A stretch of 64,000 nucleotides of DNA from Spongiactinospora sp. TRM90649 (GCF_029382225.1 NZ_JARLTC010000013.1:78657-142656), one strand, 5' to 3'; shown: positions 8,896 to 19,187, numbered from the stretch's first letter. A program made the numbers and translations. Notes: generated from the sequence alone by a model not told the origin.

Positions 8896-9924
8896 TCAGG
8901 AGACCTGCTCCAGATATCGGCGCTGATCGTCCAGGAAGCCGTCGGGGAACAGCGAGCGTGGCGCCGCGACGGCGAGAAGGAACATCTTCGACTCCGAGTC
9001 GTGAATCTCCTTTCGGATCATGGCGTGGGAGGCGCCGGGATAGTGCCGGACCTGCAGCAGGCCGGGCGCACGCAAGTGGCCGCGGTAGCCCGCCTCGGTG
9101 TCGGCGACGTCCACGTTGCGGTCATGCCCGGCCAGGAGCAGCAGCACCGGCACCCGCATGGCCGCCAGATCCTGCGCGGCGTCGCTGGTGTAGTTCTTGG
9201 AGATGAAGGTCCAGCGCTCCGCGGTCATCTCGGTGTCCCCGACGGCGGCCTTGTACTGCTCGTAGGAAACTCTTGCGCGCAGCAGCGCCAGCATCCTCTC
9301 CTGCCGGGCCAGCTCGGCCCGCACCCGGTCCGGCGAGGCGTGCTCGTCGCGGAGTTTGGCCATCAGGTAGTAACGGCCCTGCTGTTGCCAGTTGATGGCG
9401 GGTGAGAGTGCGATGACGAAGCGCAGCTCGGGCAGGCGGGCGGCCACCTTGGGCATGACCCAGCCCGCCTGGCTGGCTCCCCACAGTCCGATCCGGGTCG
9501 GATCGAGCCCCGGCCTGCCCTTCGCCCAGGTGATCGCCGCGACGGCCTCCGCGGCCCGGTCGGCCATGCTCTGATCCAGCCAGTTGCCGGCCGCGCCGCC
9601 CACCCCGGGCTTGTTCCACGACAAAGAGGCATAACCGGCCTGGGCGAATGCTTCCCATAGCGGTAGGTAGAACTCATCGTGGGTGGCGTCGATCGGGTCG
9701 TCCCCGTGCACGAACACCACCAGCCCGTACGGGCCCATGCCCGTCGTGGGCCAGGCCAGCACCCCCTTCAGCGGCTGCTCGCCGCCGGTGATCGTCACCT
9801 GCTCCTGGCGTAACTCGTAGCCGTGCTGATAGATCACCCAGCCGCCACAGGCGGCGACCAGCACGGCCACGGCCAGCAGCGACCGCAGAATCCAGCGCAC
9901 CCAGCGCCGTTTGATCGCACCCAT
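8896..9924 (-). CDS. alpha/beta hydrolase (membrane-anchored; dienelactone hydrolase/S9-like)
   Basis: N-terminal TM helix, GLWGASQAG nucleophile elbow, HG oxyanion region VVFVHGDD. Confidence 0.75.
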   Translation of the reverse strand: MGAIKRRWVRWILRSLLAVAVLVAACGGWVIYQHGYELRQEQVTITGGEQPLKGVLAWPTTGMGPYGLVVFVHGDDPIDATHDEFYLPLWEAFAQAGYASLSWNKPGVGGAAGNWLDQSMADRAAEAVAAITWAKGRPGLDPTRIGLWGASQAGWVMPKVAARLPELRFVIALSPAINWQQQGRYYLMAKLRDEHASPDRVRAELARQERMLALLRARVSYEQYKAAVGDTEMTAERWTFISKNYTSDAAQDLAAMRVPVLLLLAGHDRNVDVADTEAGYRGHLRAPGLLQVRHYPGASHAMIRKEIHDSESKMFLLAVAAPRSLFPDGFLDDQRRYLEQVS

Positions 9925-10003
9925 CGACCCTCCATTTCGTTCATCTTCAGAACGATCGTACCGAGTTCGACCGTACTATAGTTGCGCCAACGGAGGTGAG
10001 GGC

Positions 10004-10930
10004 ATGCCGTCCACGCAGGACGATCACGTGGAGATCTCCACCCGGGTGCTGGTGGAGAGCCTGGTCCGTGAGGACATGACCGTGGACGCCCGCGAGCTGT
10101 ACGCGGTCGCCCGAGCCCTGGGCATGACGGACCTGCAGGTGCGGCTGTGCGTCAAGCGACTGGTCGCCGAGGGCCAGTTCGTTCAGTCCGGCCGAGGACA
10201 GCGCGCGGTGCTGCACGCCTCGGCCGACGCCCGCCGCACCCTCTACCCCGACGTGGAGTTCGTCCGCTTCATGTACGCCCAGGATCAAGGCGAGGCGCCC
10301 TGGGACGGCACCTGGCACTTGGTGGCCTTCGCCGTACCCGAGTCGGCACGGGCGGCCCGCGACGCGTTGCGCGAGCACATCGTCCGCATGGGCGGAGCGC
10401 CCCTCCAGGGCGGCCTGTACGTATCAGCCAATCCCTGGGAAGACCTTGTCGGCGCCGAGGTCTCCCGGCTCGGCGCCGACGACTACATCACCTACCTCAC
10501 CAGCACCGACCTGCGTGTAGGCGGCGTCCACGACCCTCGAAAGCTGGCCGACCGGCTGTGGCCGCTGGACGACCTCGCCCACGCCCATCGACGGCTCGCC
10601 CGCGTCGCCCGCAGCCGCTTGGACCGCCTGAGCCACTCGACCTCGCTCGACCAACCGCAGCTACTGACCATCGCCGTCGAGCTGGCCTCCGAGTTCACCC
10701 GCGCCCTGGAACCCGACCCACTCCTGCCTCCCGAACTGCTCCCCCACCCCTGGCCGGGCGCCCAGGCTCGGGAACTGGTCGCGCGATGCTGGCAACACCT
10801 TCTCCAACATGCCGCCTCCACCTCCGCACCACGCCTGTTCCGGCTTTACGCAGACGTCGTCCGTGAAATAACGGCTCCAGCCCAGACAGCCGCCCATGGC
10901 CGGCGCCAGGTCCAGGGTCAAACCAGGTGA
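10004..10930 (+). CDS. PaaX-family transcriptional regulator
   Basis: Similar to PaaX N- and C-domains (LVESLVRED...ARELYAVARALGMTDLQVRLCVKRLVAEGQF; WHLVAFAVPES). GGAGG RBS before ATG 10004. Confidence 0.7.
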   Translation: MPSTQDDHVEISTRVLVESLVREDMTVDARELYAVARALGMTDLQVRLCVKRLVAEGQFVQSGRGQRAVLHASADARRTLYPDVEFVRFMYAQDQGEAPWDGTWHLVAFAVPESARAARDALREHIVRMGGAPLQGGLYVSANPWEDLVGAEVSRLGADDYITYLTSTDLRVGGVHDPRKLADRLWPLDDLAHAHRRLARVARSRLDRLSHSTSLDQPQLLTIAVELASEFTRALEPDPLLPPELLPHPWPGAQARELVARCWQHLLQHAASTSAPRLFRLYADVVREITAPAQTAAHGRRQVQGQTR

Positions 10931-11060
10931 CTTTCGCGACGCTCGGTCGATCGCCATGCCCTCCGCGCCCTGGATTCACCGAGCCGGACATCCCCGATTG
11001 TTAGAGGGAAGGTTGTCGTCAGCCCTAACGAAGAACGCCCCGGCCGCACAGGCAACGGCC

Positions 11061-12704
11061 CTACAGCGGCCCCGCAGAAGGTATGTACGGCAAGGGCGTG
11101 GAGCGGGCGACGGCGTCGGCCGGTGACGGAGCCGGGCAGAAGCGGTCCCGCCCGGGCAGTGCCCCGGTGGCGAGGAAGGAGTTCATCGCCTCGTCGGCGC
11201 AGCTGCCGAGGCCGACGACGCCGTGGCCGCCCTGGTCGACCGTGATCATGGCGGCCCGTCGTCCGAGCGCGGCGCGCAGGCCTCGCGCGCTCGCCAGGGG
11301 CGTGACCGAGTCGCGGGTGTTCTGCAGGATCAGCACGTTGCGCGGCCCGTGACCGGTAACGGTCACCGGCGGCTCCACCGGCCGGGTCGGCCACGCCGCG
11401 CACGGCCAGAGGTTCGACGGCATGCCCGCCGTCACCGGCCACGCCCGCCGATCGGCCGCGACCTGCCGGGCGTGCAGCGCCACGCCGCGCGGCCAGGCGA
11501 CGTCATCGCAGATCACCGCGTAGAGCGCGGCGACGCGGTTGTCCGCCGGTGTCTCCGCCGTCCCGGTGCCACTGCCACCGATGACACCGCCGACGGAGAG
11601 CAGCCGGTCCAGTCGCGTCAGGATGGTGGTGTCCACGGTGGATCCTGGGATGGCGGCCGCCAGTTCCTGCCAGAGCTCGGCCATGAGCGGGAAGAAGCCG
11701 TCGAAGTAAAGCCCCACCCGGGTGATCTCGCGCAGTGCGTTGCCGTCGAGCACGGGGCCGCCCGGGTTCGGCCGGGGCTGCCGGTCGAGGGCCGCGGTCA
11801 GTTGGTCATATGTGCGCCTGACCTCGTCCGGCGTCGCGCCGAGATGGTAGACGGCATCCCGCTCGGCTGCGAAGGCGAGGAGATCGGGCAGGCGCACCGC
11901 GACCGCCTGGCTCCAGGTCCGCCACATGTCCCGCCACACCAGACCCGGATCGACCGCGCTGTCCAGCACGATCCGATCGGCGCGTCCCGGGAACAACGAA
12001 ATGTAGACGGCTCCCAGATAGGTGCCGTAGGAGACGCCGAAGTAGGACAGTTTCGGCTCACCGAGTGCGGCTCGGATGCGGTCCATGTCCCGGGCCGTGT
12101 TGGCCGTGGTGATGAACGGAAGCAGATCGCCGGAATGCTCGGCGCAGGCGGCTGCGGTGTCCCGTGCGAAGGCGAGGTTGCGCTCGATGCCGCCATCCGG
12201 CGCCGGGTAGGGCACCAGCAGCGTGAACTGCCTCATGAGATCGAGGCCACAGGTGACCGGGGTACTGTGGCCGACCCCTCGCGGATCGAAGCCGATCAGG
12301 TCGTACCGATCCAGGACCTCGCGCGGCAGGACGTCCGCCAGCCGGCTGGGCAGCTCCAGGCCGCTACCGCCCGGGCCGCCCGGGTTGGACAGCAGGATCC
12401 CGCGACGCGACTCGGGTCGCGTCGTGACGATCCGGGAGATCGCGATCTCGATGCTCCGCCCGCGCGGGGCGCGGTAGTCCAGCGGCACCCGCAACGTCGC
12501 GCACCGCTGGCGTGGGTCGCGCAGGGTACCGGGTTCCGCCGGCGGGCACTCGCCCCAGATCGGAGCCGCTCCCCCGGCCTCGGCCACCGCCGACTCCGGT
12601 GTGCCGATCCGGGCCTCGGCCGGCGTGGGCGCGCCTGCCGCCACGGCGGCCACTGTCGCCGCGGCGATGAACAATGTCAGACGTGATCGCAGTCTTAATC
12701 GCAC
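11061..12704 (-). CDS. secreted S33 tripeptidyl aminopeptidase (Tap-like alpha/beta hydrolase)
   Basis: Signal peptide MRLRLRSRLTLFIAAATVAAVAAGAP. GVSYGT nucleophile motif. The family is typical of Streptomyces Tap. 547 aa. Confidence 0.8.
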   Translation of the reverse strand: MRLRLRSRLTLFIAAATVAAVAAGAPTPAEARIGTPESAVAEAGGAAPIWGECPPAEPGTLRDPRQRCATLRVPLDYRAPRGRSIEIAISRIVTTRPESRRGILLSNPGGPGGSGLELPSRLADVLPREVLDRYDLIGFDPRGVGHSTPVTCGLDLMRQFTLLVPYPAPDGGIERNLAFARDTAAACAEHSGDLLPFITTANTARDMDRIRAALGEPKLSYFGVSYGTYLGAVYISLFPGRADRIVLDSAVDPGLVWRDMWRTWSQAVAVRLPDLLAFAAERDAVYHLGATPDEVRRTYDQLTAALDRQPRPNPGGPVLDGNALREITRVGLYFDGFFPLMAELWQELAAAIPGSTVDTTILTRLDRLLSVGGVIGGSGTGTAETPADNRVAALYAVICDDVAWPRGVALHARQVAADRRAWPVTAGMPSNLWPCAAWPTRPVEPPVTVTGHGPRNVLILQNTRDSVTPLASARGLRAALGRRAAMITVDQGGHGVVGLGSCADEAMNSFLATGALPGRDRFCPAPSPADAVARSTPLPYIPSAGPL

Positions 12705-13161
12705 TGATACCCCTTCTCAACAGGAACAGATGCTTTCTCGATGCCGATGAAACCGGCACTGCCGGGTACGCGAGCCCTCTCTGGCAACCGGAATGAGCGG
12801 CCGCCATCCGGCTACTGACGCTCCGCATGACCAACACCGAGGTCGAGATCACCGCGGAGTCGGTGCGGGACTGTTGGAGCAGCCGATGCAGCGGCTCGGA
12901 CGCCACCTGATCGGCCGCCAGGCCGACGTCATGTGCCCGGCGACGTGACCTCTGCGGCCGGGTCGCGGTCATGACGAGGCCGGTGCCGCCGCGCCGGACG
13001 TCAGAGCCGCCTACACGATGCGGGTCGCCTCACCCGCGTCGATGCCGACGCTGGCGATCACGGCCGCGTAGTCGGCGGTGGCCCGGCGGGCGCGCTCCGT
13101 AGATCGGTCGTGCGCGTCGGCGGGTCGGTGTCCGGTAGCGGTTCGCGGGTCATGACGACTC

Positions 13162-13211
13162 CTTTGTCGCAAGCTTTGTAGCAACATGGTGCGACATACC
13201 TTGCGACAAAG
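13162..13211. promoter_or_regulatory. perfect 12-bp inverted repeat CTTTGTCGCAAG-N26-CTTGCGACAAAG with a third half-site-like copy (TTTGTAGCAA) in the spacer; putative operator array
   Basis: Seen directly in the sequence. It lies just upstream of a tiny ORF (ATG 13153, minus strand) inside the decayed integrative element. Confidence 0.3.
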
Positions 13212-13556
13212 TCAACGCCCCGTGGGCTCTCTTCGCCCCGGTGGCGCGAGCCCCAGCTCAGCGGCGGCCGTCGCAGTGGACCTGGACGGCGGCCGGAGCC
13301 GTCACCGCCTCGGGTATCTCCTCCTCGGTGGCGGTGACTCCGAATACGGCGACACCTCATGGGCCAGGTTCACCAGATCCCCGCCCCGAGCTGGAGGTCC
13401 GCCGTGGATGAGGCCGCTGCCCGGCTCCGTATCAGCCGCTGGACCCTCTACACCCGATCCACTCCAACCCGCTCACGACCATCAAGATCGGCCGTCGCCG
13501 CCTCGTTCCCGTCGACTCGCCGGCCGAATGCGTAACAACCTCAAAGGAGTGGCGTG

Positions 13557-14026
13557 ATGGCGCAGCCTATGACCGGCACTCCTGAGGAGCCCCGTCGCCC
13601 GAGCACGCGTCGTGGGCGCAAGCGTTCAAACGGCGAAGGAAGCATCTGGCCCCGGAAAGACGGCTGATACGGTTACGCCGCGTTCGTACCGACCACCGGC
13701 GGAGCGGTGAAGCGTGTCCAAGGCTCTGCGCGCCCCCAGGGAGAGGCACGGATAGCACCGCAAGCGGCAGTTCGCTGAACGCTCCGACCGCTGGGCGGAC
13801 TGGGAAGAACACGGCCTTGTCTTCCCTTCCCAGCGGGGTACACCTATGGAGCCGGACAACCTCCGGCGGAGCTGGCAGCCACACGGCAGGCTGCCGACCT
13901 CGGAGACATGCGTCTCCATGATCTCCGCCACACCTGCGTGACGCTCCTGCTCAACCTTGGCGTCCCGCCCCAGGTCGTCCGCGACATCGTCGGCCACAGC
14001 GACATCGAAGTCACCATGACCAGCTA
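13557..14026 (+). pseudogene. tyrosine-recombinase (phage-type integrase) remnant with frameshifts and a large internal deletion
   Basis: N-terminus MAQPMTGTPEEPRRPSTRRGRKRSNGEGSIWPRKDG (stop), then RYGYAAFVPTTGGAVKRVQG in another frame. The C-terminal catalytic region LHDLRHTCVTLLLNLGVPPQVVRDIVGHSDIEVTMTS* is present. Only ~470 nt remain where ~1.2 kb is expected. It lies 590 bp from the tRNA-Phe 3' end. Confidence 0.6.
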
Positions 14027-14615
14027 AGCTCACGTATCGCTAGAGGATAAAAGGAGCGCACTCGCTAAACCGGGAAAGCCGCTTTCATATTAGCCGAAAT
14101 TCACCTTTTCAAGACAGGCGTGCCCGTGACCTGCGACTATGCCGCAAGAGAAACTGCCAACCCATTGATTGTGGGCGCGCGCCAGGAGTTGAGGGTGATT
14201 CTTTTTAGGGCAACACCACGCTTCGGCGGCGATTTATCGCCTACTTGGTCGCGCCCAGCACGCCACACCATCCAGCCCGTCAGAACCGCCGAGATGGCGA
14301 GGAAGAACGCCTGCGACGGGGTAGGCACGTCAGCAAAGCCAGCCGCAGCGGCGCTCGCGCTGACGCCGCTCGCCATGAGGACGTCGATGTGCCGCACACG
14401 CTTGGGCCGCCGACTTCGGCGACGTGCACGACCTCCCATAGATCCATTATGGCCGACACCAGGGCTCGTGACACGCGAACATCACCCATCGGCGAGACCG
14501 ACCTCTTGATCGGGACACGGGCCACGCGCACGACGACATTGGCCGTTGCTGTCACTGGAAAACAAGAATGCCCCGGCCATGTTCGGCTCGGGGCGTTTGG
14601 GCTGGTCTTCTAGGG

Positions 14616-14689
14616 TGGTCAGGGGCGGGGTCGAACCGCCGACCTTCCGCTTTTCAGGCGGACGCTCGTACCAACTGAGCTACCTGACC
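14616..14689 (-). tRNA. tRNA-Phe (GAA)
   Basis: Manual fold: acceptor GGTCAGG/CCTGACC, anticodon loop CTGAAAA, T-arm GGTTCGACCCC. Coordinates may be off by 1-2 nt. Confidence 0.85.
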
Positions 14690-14694
14690 TTGAG

Positions 14695-14769
14695 CGGTCC
14701 TGACGGGATTTGAACCCGCGACCTCCACCTTGACAGGGTGGCGAGCACTCCTAGCTGCTCTACAGGACC
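14695..14769 (-). tRNA. tRNA-Asp (GTC)
   Basis: Acceptor GGTCCTG/CAGGACC, anticodon loop CTGTCAA, T-arm GGTTCAAATCC. Confidence 0.85.
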
Positions 14770-14848
14770 TTGTCTTGCCGCTTGCTTTGGCTTGCTTAGC
14801 TTACCAGCTCTTCGGTGATCGAAGACCATGGTGAGCGTTCGCTCGCCG

Positions 14849-14921
14849 TGCCCCCAACGGGATTCGAACCCGTGCCGCCGCCTTGAAAGGGCGGTGTCCT
14901 AGGCCGCTAGACGATGGGGGC
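14849..14921 (-). tRNA. tRNA-Glu (TTC)
   Basis: Acceptor GCCCCCA/TGGGGGC, anticodon loop CTTTCAA, T-arm GGTTCGAATCC. Confidence 0.85.
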
Positions 14922-15004
14922 TCAGGAGGTGATCCTGATCCGTGACGCCTTCCGTCGGGGACCTGTAGAAGCATAGGGGACGATTGCCCCCGATGCCAAA
15001 GCGG

Positions 15005-16588
15005 TTAACCCCGGCTCGGTGTCGCGGAGCCGTTGAGCGATCCCGTTGGCGACGGGGCGCTTGATGGCTCCGGATGAATTGTACGTTGCGGTCGCTCCTC
15101 CACGTGACGCTGGATCTGAACCGACTGCTGGCCGAGGCCGCCCATGGTGATGTCGTCCCAGGCCTCAAGGCGGCGGGTCTCCTTGTCGAAGTAGAGGACG
15201 GAGGCCATCACGGGGGTGGGTTCCTCGTGTTCGAGGGCGCGCAGGCCGGCGCCGCCGGTGGAGCCCTGGATGAGGACGCGGGTGCCGCTGGGGAGGAGCT
15301 TGCTGGAGCGGGCGTGGGCGTGGCCGGCGAGGACGGCGGGCGCGCGGCCCGAGAAGCCCTCGGCGATGATCGGGTCGTGCACGGCGATGAAGTCCACCGG
15401 CTTCTTGCCGACGTCGCGGGTCTGGCCGAAGCCGCGCAGGAAGGTGGGGTCGGAGTTGGACTTGGCGGAGAGGTCGGGGGTGAAGCGGGGATCGCCGATG
15501 CCGTAGATGGTCAGGCCTCCGACCTCGGCGGTGCGGCCGTCGAGGACGACGGCGTTGCGCTGCTTGGCGACGGCGCGCTGGGTGCCCTTGGAGTCGTGGT
15601 TGCCGCGCACCCAGACGTACGGCACGTCCAGCTTCCCGATCTCCTTGACGAAGTTGTCCTCGGGCTTGCTGCCGTGGTCGGTGAGGTCGCCGGTGTCCAC
15701 GATCATGTCGATCTTGAACTGGGACGTGACGGTCTTGATCAGGTTCCAGGCGATCGGGTTGATGTGGATGTCGGAGACGTGCAGGACCCTGATCGAGTTG
15801 GGGTCGCCGTCGTAGACGGGCAGCGCGGAGACCGTGTCGTAGAGCTGGGAGACGTTGCTGACCAGCTTGGTGAGCTGGGCCCGGTACGACTCGAAGCGGG
15901 TGACGATCGACTCGGCGCTGCCGACCAGGGACGGCGCGCCGGTGAGCAAGCCCGTGTAGCGGGGCTCGATCAGCGACTGCGGGCGGAAGGTGGCGGCGGC
16001 GAGCGTGCCGGTGCCGACGACGCAGACGGTGGCGACCATCAGCGTGGCCATGGCGACGCGCACCCGGCGGAAGACGATCAGGCCGGCCAGCAGCGCCCCG
16101 GCGAGGGAGAACAGCGCGGAGCGGATGACCAGTTCGGTGACGCCCGCGCGGAGGTCCTGTTCGATCAGCTCGGGCAGCCGGTCGGCGAGCCGCGGGTCCT
16201 CGATCATCGCGCGGGCCTGCTCCTGGTCGATGTTCTCCAGGGTGACCCTGAGCCGCAGCGGCGCGTCGTGGCTGTCGAAGAGCAGGGTGCCGAGGGGATT
16301 GACGTCGACGACCGTCTGGCCGTCCCAGGCGGGCCGCAGGGACATGCCGACCTCGACGGGCCCCAGGGAGGAGTGCACGCCGCCGCTGACCGCGATGCCC
16401 AGCCAGGCGCCGAAGCCGGCCACCAGCACGATCGCCGTCCAGCGGGAGGCGCGGCGTACGAGGGGGCGCTCGCCGACGCGACGGCCGGCCCGCGCGGTAC
16501 GGCGTGCGGCCTCGGCCGTACGGCGAGCCGCGCCCTTCAGGAGGAGCCGGAGCCTGCCAAGTGGGGTCACAAGGTCTTCGCGGGGCAT
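15005..16588 (-). CDS. membrane-associated metallophosphoesterase (calcineurin-like)
   Basis: TM helices in the N-terminal half. Phosphoesterase motifs VLHVSDIH, DTGDLTDHG, GNHD, GHAH. Confidence 0.8.
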   Translation of the reverse strand: MPREDLVTPLGRLRLLLKGAARRTAEAARRTARAGRRVGERPLVRRASRWTAIVLVAGFGAWLGIAVSGGVHSSLGPVEVGMSLRPAWDGQTVVDVNPLGTLLFDSHDAPLRLRVTLENIDQEQARAMIEDPRLADRLPELIEQDLRAGVTELVIRSALFSLAGALLAGLIVFRRVRVAMATLMVATVCVVGTGTLAAATFRPQSLIEPRYTGLLTGAPSLVGSAESIVTRFESYRAQLTKLVSNVSQLYDTVSALPVYDGDPNSIRVLHVSDIHINPIAWNLIKTVTSQFKIDMIVDTGDLTDHGSKPEDNFVKEIGKLDVPYVWVRGNHDSKGTQRAVAKQRNAVVLDGRTAEVGGLTIYGIGDPRFTPDLSAKSNSDPTFLRGFGQTRDVGKKPVDFIAVHDPIIAEGFSGRAPAVLAGHAHARSSKLLPSGTRVLIQGSTGGAGLRALEHEEPTPVMASVLYFDKETRRLEAWDDITMGGLGQQSVQIQRHVEERPQRTIHPEPSSAPSPTGSLNGSATPSRG

Positions 16589-16681
16589 GCCTTCCTTTCG
16601 ATCGACGGCATTGAACTAGCAGGGGTACCCAGGTCGGGGGCGAGATGAACGATTCCGGCGAACGGCGGGCAGAATGGCAGT

Positions 16682-17023
16682 GTGATCGAGGTGTCGCGGG
16701 AGAAGTTCGAGGAGCTCGTGTCCGAGGCGTTGGACACGATCCCCGCCGAGCTGACGCGACTGATGGACAACGTCGTCGTGGTCGTCGTGGACGACCCTCC
16801 GGAGCCGGATCTGCTGGGGCTGTACACCGGCATCCCCCTCACCGAGCGCGGCGACTGGTACGCGGGAGTTTTGCCCGACCGGATTGAGATCTACCGCAAT
16901 CCCATCTGTCAGATTTGCGAAACAGAGGATGATGTCGTGGAGGAGGTCCAGATCACCGTCGTGCACGAGATCGCCCACCACTTCGGCATCGACGACCATC
17001 GGCTGCACGAACTCGGCTGGTGA
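16682..17023 (+). CDS. small metallopeptidase-family protein (HExxH; zincin-like)
   Basis: HEIAHHFGIDD motif. GTG start at 16682. 113 aa. Confidence 0.6.
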   Translation: MIEVSREKFEELVSEALDTIPAELTRLMDNVVVVVVDDPPEPDLLGLYTGIPLTERGDWYAGVLPDRIEIYRNPICQICETEDDVVEEVQITVVHEIAHHFGIDDHRLHELGW

Positions 17024-17184
17024 CCGGCGCAACACTCGTCGATCCCCTTATATTTCCGGTCATACAAGAACACCCGGTGTGCGAGCTCGTTGAATATCGA
17101 CTTGCGCACCGAGCCGGCACCAGGCACCGTAGGTTACGTAGCGAACACCCTCTGTCAGGTCCTCCTGCGAGTTAGCGGAGTCCT

Positions 17185-18498
17185 ATGGCGGCAACCAAGC
17201 CCGAGCGGCTGTCGGGGAGGCATCGCCGTGCGTCCGACGGCCGCGCGTCCGATCGCCGAGCCACCTACGGCGAGGTCATCGCCATCGGTGAGTTCCGCGC
17301 GTTGTGGTACGCGCAGGGCCTCTCCCTCCTCGGTGACCAGTTCGCCCAGGTCGCGCTCGCCGTGCTGGTCTACAACCGCACGCAGTCCGCGCTGGCCACG
17401 GCCGCCGTCTACGCGCTGACCTACCTGCCGCCGATCCTGGGCGGGCCGTTCCTGGCGGGCCTCGCCGACCGCTACGCGCGGCGCGGGGTGATGATCTGGT
17501 GCGACGTGGTGCGGGCGGTCCTGGTCGCCCTGATGGCCGTGCCGGGCATGCCGTTCGCGGTGCTCTGCGTGCTGGTCTTCTGCGTGGTCCTGCTCAGCGC
17601 GCCGTTCTCGGCGGCGCGGGCGGCGCTGCTGCCGGAGATCCTTGAGGACGACCGCTACGTGGCGGGGTCGGCGCTGCAGAACATGACGAACCAGGCGGTG
17701 CAGATGCTCGGGTTCGCGGTGGGCGGCGCGGTGATCGCGGCGATGGGGCCGTACCGGGCGCTGGCGCTGGACGCGGCGACCTTCCTGGCCTCGGCCCTGA
17801 TCCTGGTCTCCGGGGTACGGCGGCGTCCCGGCGCGCCTTCCGGCGGCGAGGCCGGGCGGCCCTCGATGTGGTCGATGGCCAGGGCGGGGGCCGTCCTGGT
17901 CTTCGGCGACCGGCGGCTGCGCACCCTGGTGCTGTTCGCCTGGCTGTGCGGGTTCTACGTCCTGCCGGAGGGGATCTCGGCGCCCTACGCGGCGACGCTT
18001 GCGACCGATCCCGCGGCGCTGCCGGTGGTGACCGGGTTACTCATGGCCGCCATGCCCGCGGGCACGGTGATCGGCGCGTTCGCCTTCAGCCGGTTCGTCG
18101 AGCCGGACACCCGTCTCCGGGTGATGGGCTGGCTGGCCATGCTGAGCTGCGCTCCGCTCATCGCGTGCGCGCTGCGCCCGCCGTTATGGGTGGTCCTCGG
18201 GCTGTGGGTGTTGTCCGGCATCGGCGGTGCCTACCAGCTCGCCGCGAACGCCGCCTTCGTGCAGTCCGTCCCGGCCGAACGGCGCGGCCAGGCGTTCGGG
18301 CTGGTCCAGTCGGGGCTGCTCGCCGCGCAGGGGCTGGGCATCCTGGTGGGCGGCGTCGCCGCCCAGGAACTCGGTCCGGAGCCTGTCGTCGCCCTGGCCG
18401 GTGCGGCCGGGCTGGTGTCGGCCGCGGTGCTGGCCCTGCTCTGGACCGAGTCCCGTGCGAATCCTGTCAGCGAGGTGCGTTCCGGCTCGACCACGTGA
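17185..18498 (+). CDS. MFS transporter
   Basis: 12 predicted TM helices. GLADRYARRGVM resembles MFS motif A. Confidence 0.85.
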   Translation: MAATKPERLSGRHRRASDGRASDRRATYGEVIAIGEFRALWYAQGLSLLGDQFAQVALAVLVYNRTQSALATAAVYALTYLPPILGGPFLAGLADRYARRGVMIWCDVVRAVLVALMAVPGMPFAVLCVLVFCVVLLSAPFSAARAALLPEILEDDRYVAGSALQNMTNQAVQMLGFAVGGAVIAAMGPYRALALDAATFLASALILVSGVRRRPGAPSGGEAGRPSMWSMARAGAVLVFGDRRLRTLVLFAWLCGFYVLPEGISAPYAATLATDPAALPVVTGLLMAAMPAGTVIGAFAFSRFVEPDTRLRVMGWLAMLSCAPLIACALRPPLWVVLGLWVLSGIGGAYQLAANAAFVQSVPAERRGQAFGLVQSGLLAAQGLGILVGGVAAQELGPEPVVALAGAAGLVSAAVLALLWTESRANPVSEVRSGSTT

Positions 18499-18509
18499 TC
18501 ACCCGGGGG

Positions 18510-19109
18510 TCACCCGCGCTGGTCACCGGTCTGCGGGGGCGCGGCCGGCTCGTCCACCGGCGCGTCCACCGGCGTGTCCTGGCGCGGAGCCGAGGGAGCC
18601 ACCGGAGCCGAGGGGGCCGCCGGTGCGGACGGAGCCGAGGGAGCCGAAGGGGCCGAGGGCGGGCTGTAGGGGGCGTCAGAGGGCTCGCCGGTGCCGCCGG
18701 GGGTTCCGGGAGCACCCGGAGCGCCGTAGCCGGTCCCGGGCGTCCCAGGGGCGCCGAAGCCGGCGCCGGGCCGCGGGCCGCCCGCCGGAGGCGTGTACTG
18801 GTACGGCGAGGCCTGCCCGTCCGCCTGGTGCCACGTGCCCTGCTGCTGCTGCCAGGGCGCGGTGCCCGCCTTCTGCTTCTCCACCAGATCCTGGACGATC
18901 GAGTTCTCCTTGCCCTCCTCGGGCAGCAGCAGCCAGCCCGCCGCGTAGATCGCGACGCCCAGCCCGCCGAAGAAGGTGGCGACTCCGAGCCCGATCCGGA
19001 TGATGTTGGCGTCGATGCCGGTGTACTCTCCGATTCCGGAGCACACCCCGCCGACGATCCGTCCCCTACGCGTGCGGTGCAATCTCTTGGTGCCCATGTA
19101 GTCGTTCAT
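18510..19109 (-). CDS. PspC-domain protein with Pro/Ala/Ser-rich low-complexity tail
   Basis: LHRTRRGRIVGGVCSGIGEYTGIDANIIRIGLGVATFFGG is the PspC domain. The C-terminus has SAPSAP repeats. Confidence 0.8.
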   Translation of the reverse strand: MNDYMGTKRLHRTRRGRIVGGVCSGIGEYTGIDANIIRIGLGVATFFGGLGVAIYAAGWLLLPEEGKENSIVQDLVEKQKAGTAPWQQQQGTWHQADGQASPYQYTPPAGGPRPGAGFGAPGTPGTGYGAPGAPGTPGGTGEPSDAPYSPPSAPSAPSAPSAPAAPSAPVAPSAPRQDTPVDAPVDEPAAPPQTGDQRG

Positions 19110-19187
19110 GGCATTAAGACTGCCCTTGTGGGGGTTTGTTCCACATCGGGATTCCCCCTGGCCTTACCCCCGGCCCGACCCTGGGCC

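Noticed and set aside
14137-14439. 100-aa ORF between the integrase remnant and tRNA-Phe
   Set aside because: Weak coding signal with an R-rich N-terminus, lying in the decayed element. It is likely non-functional.
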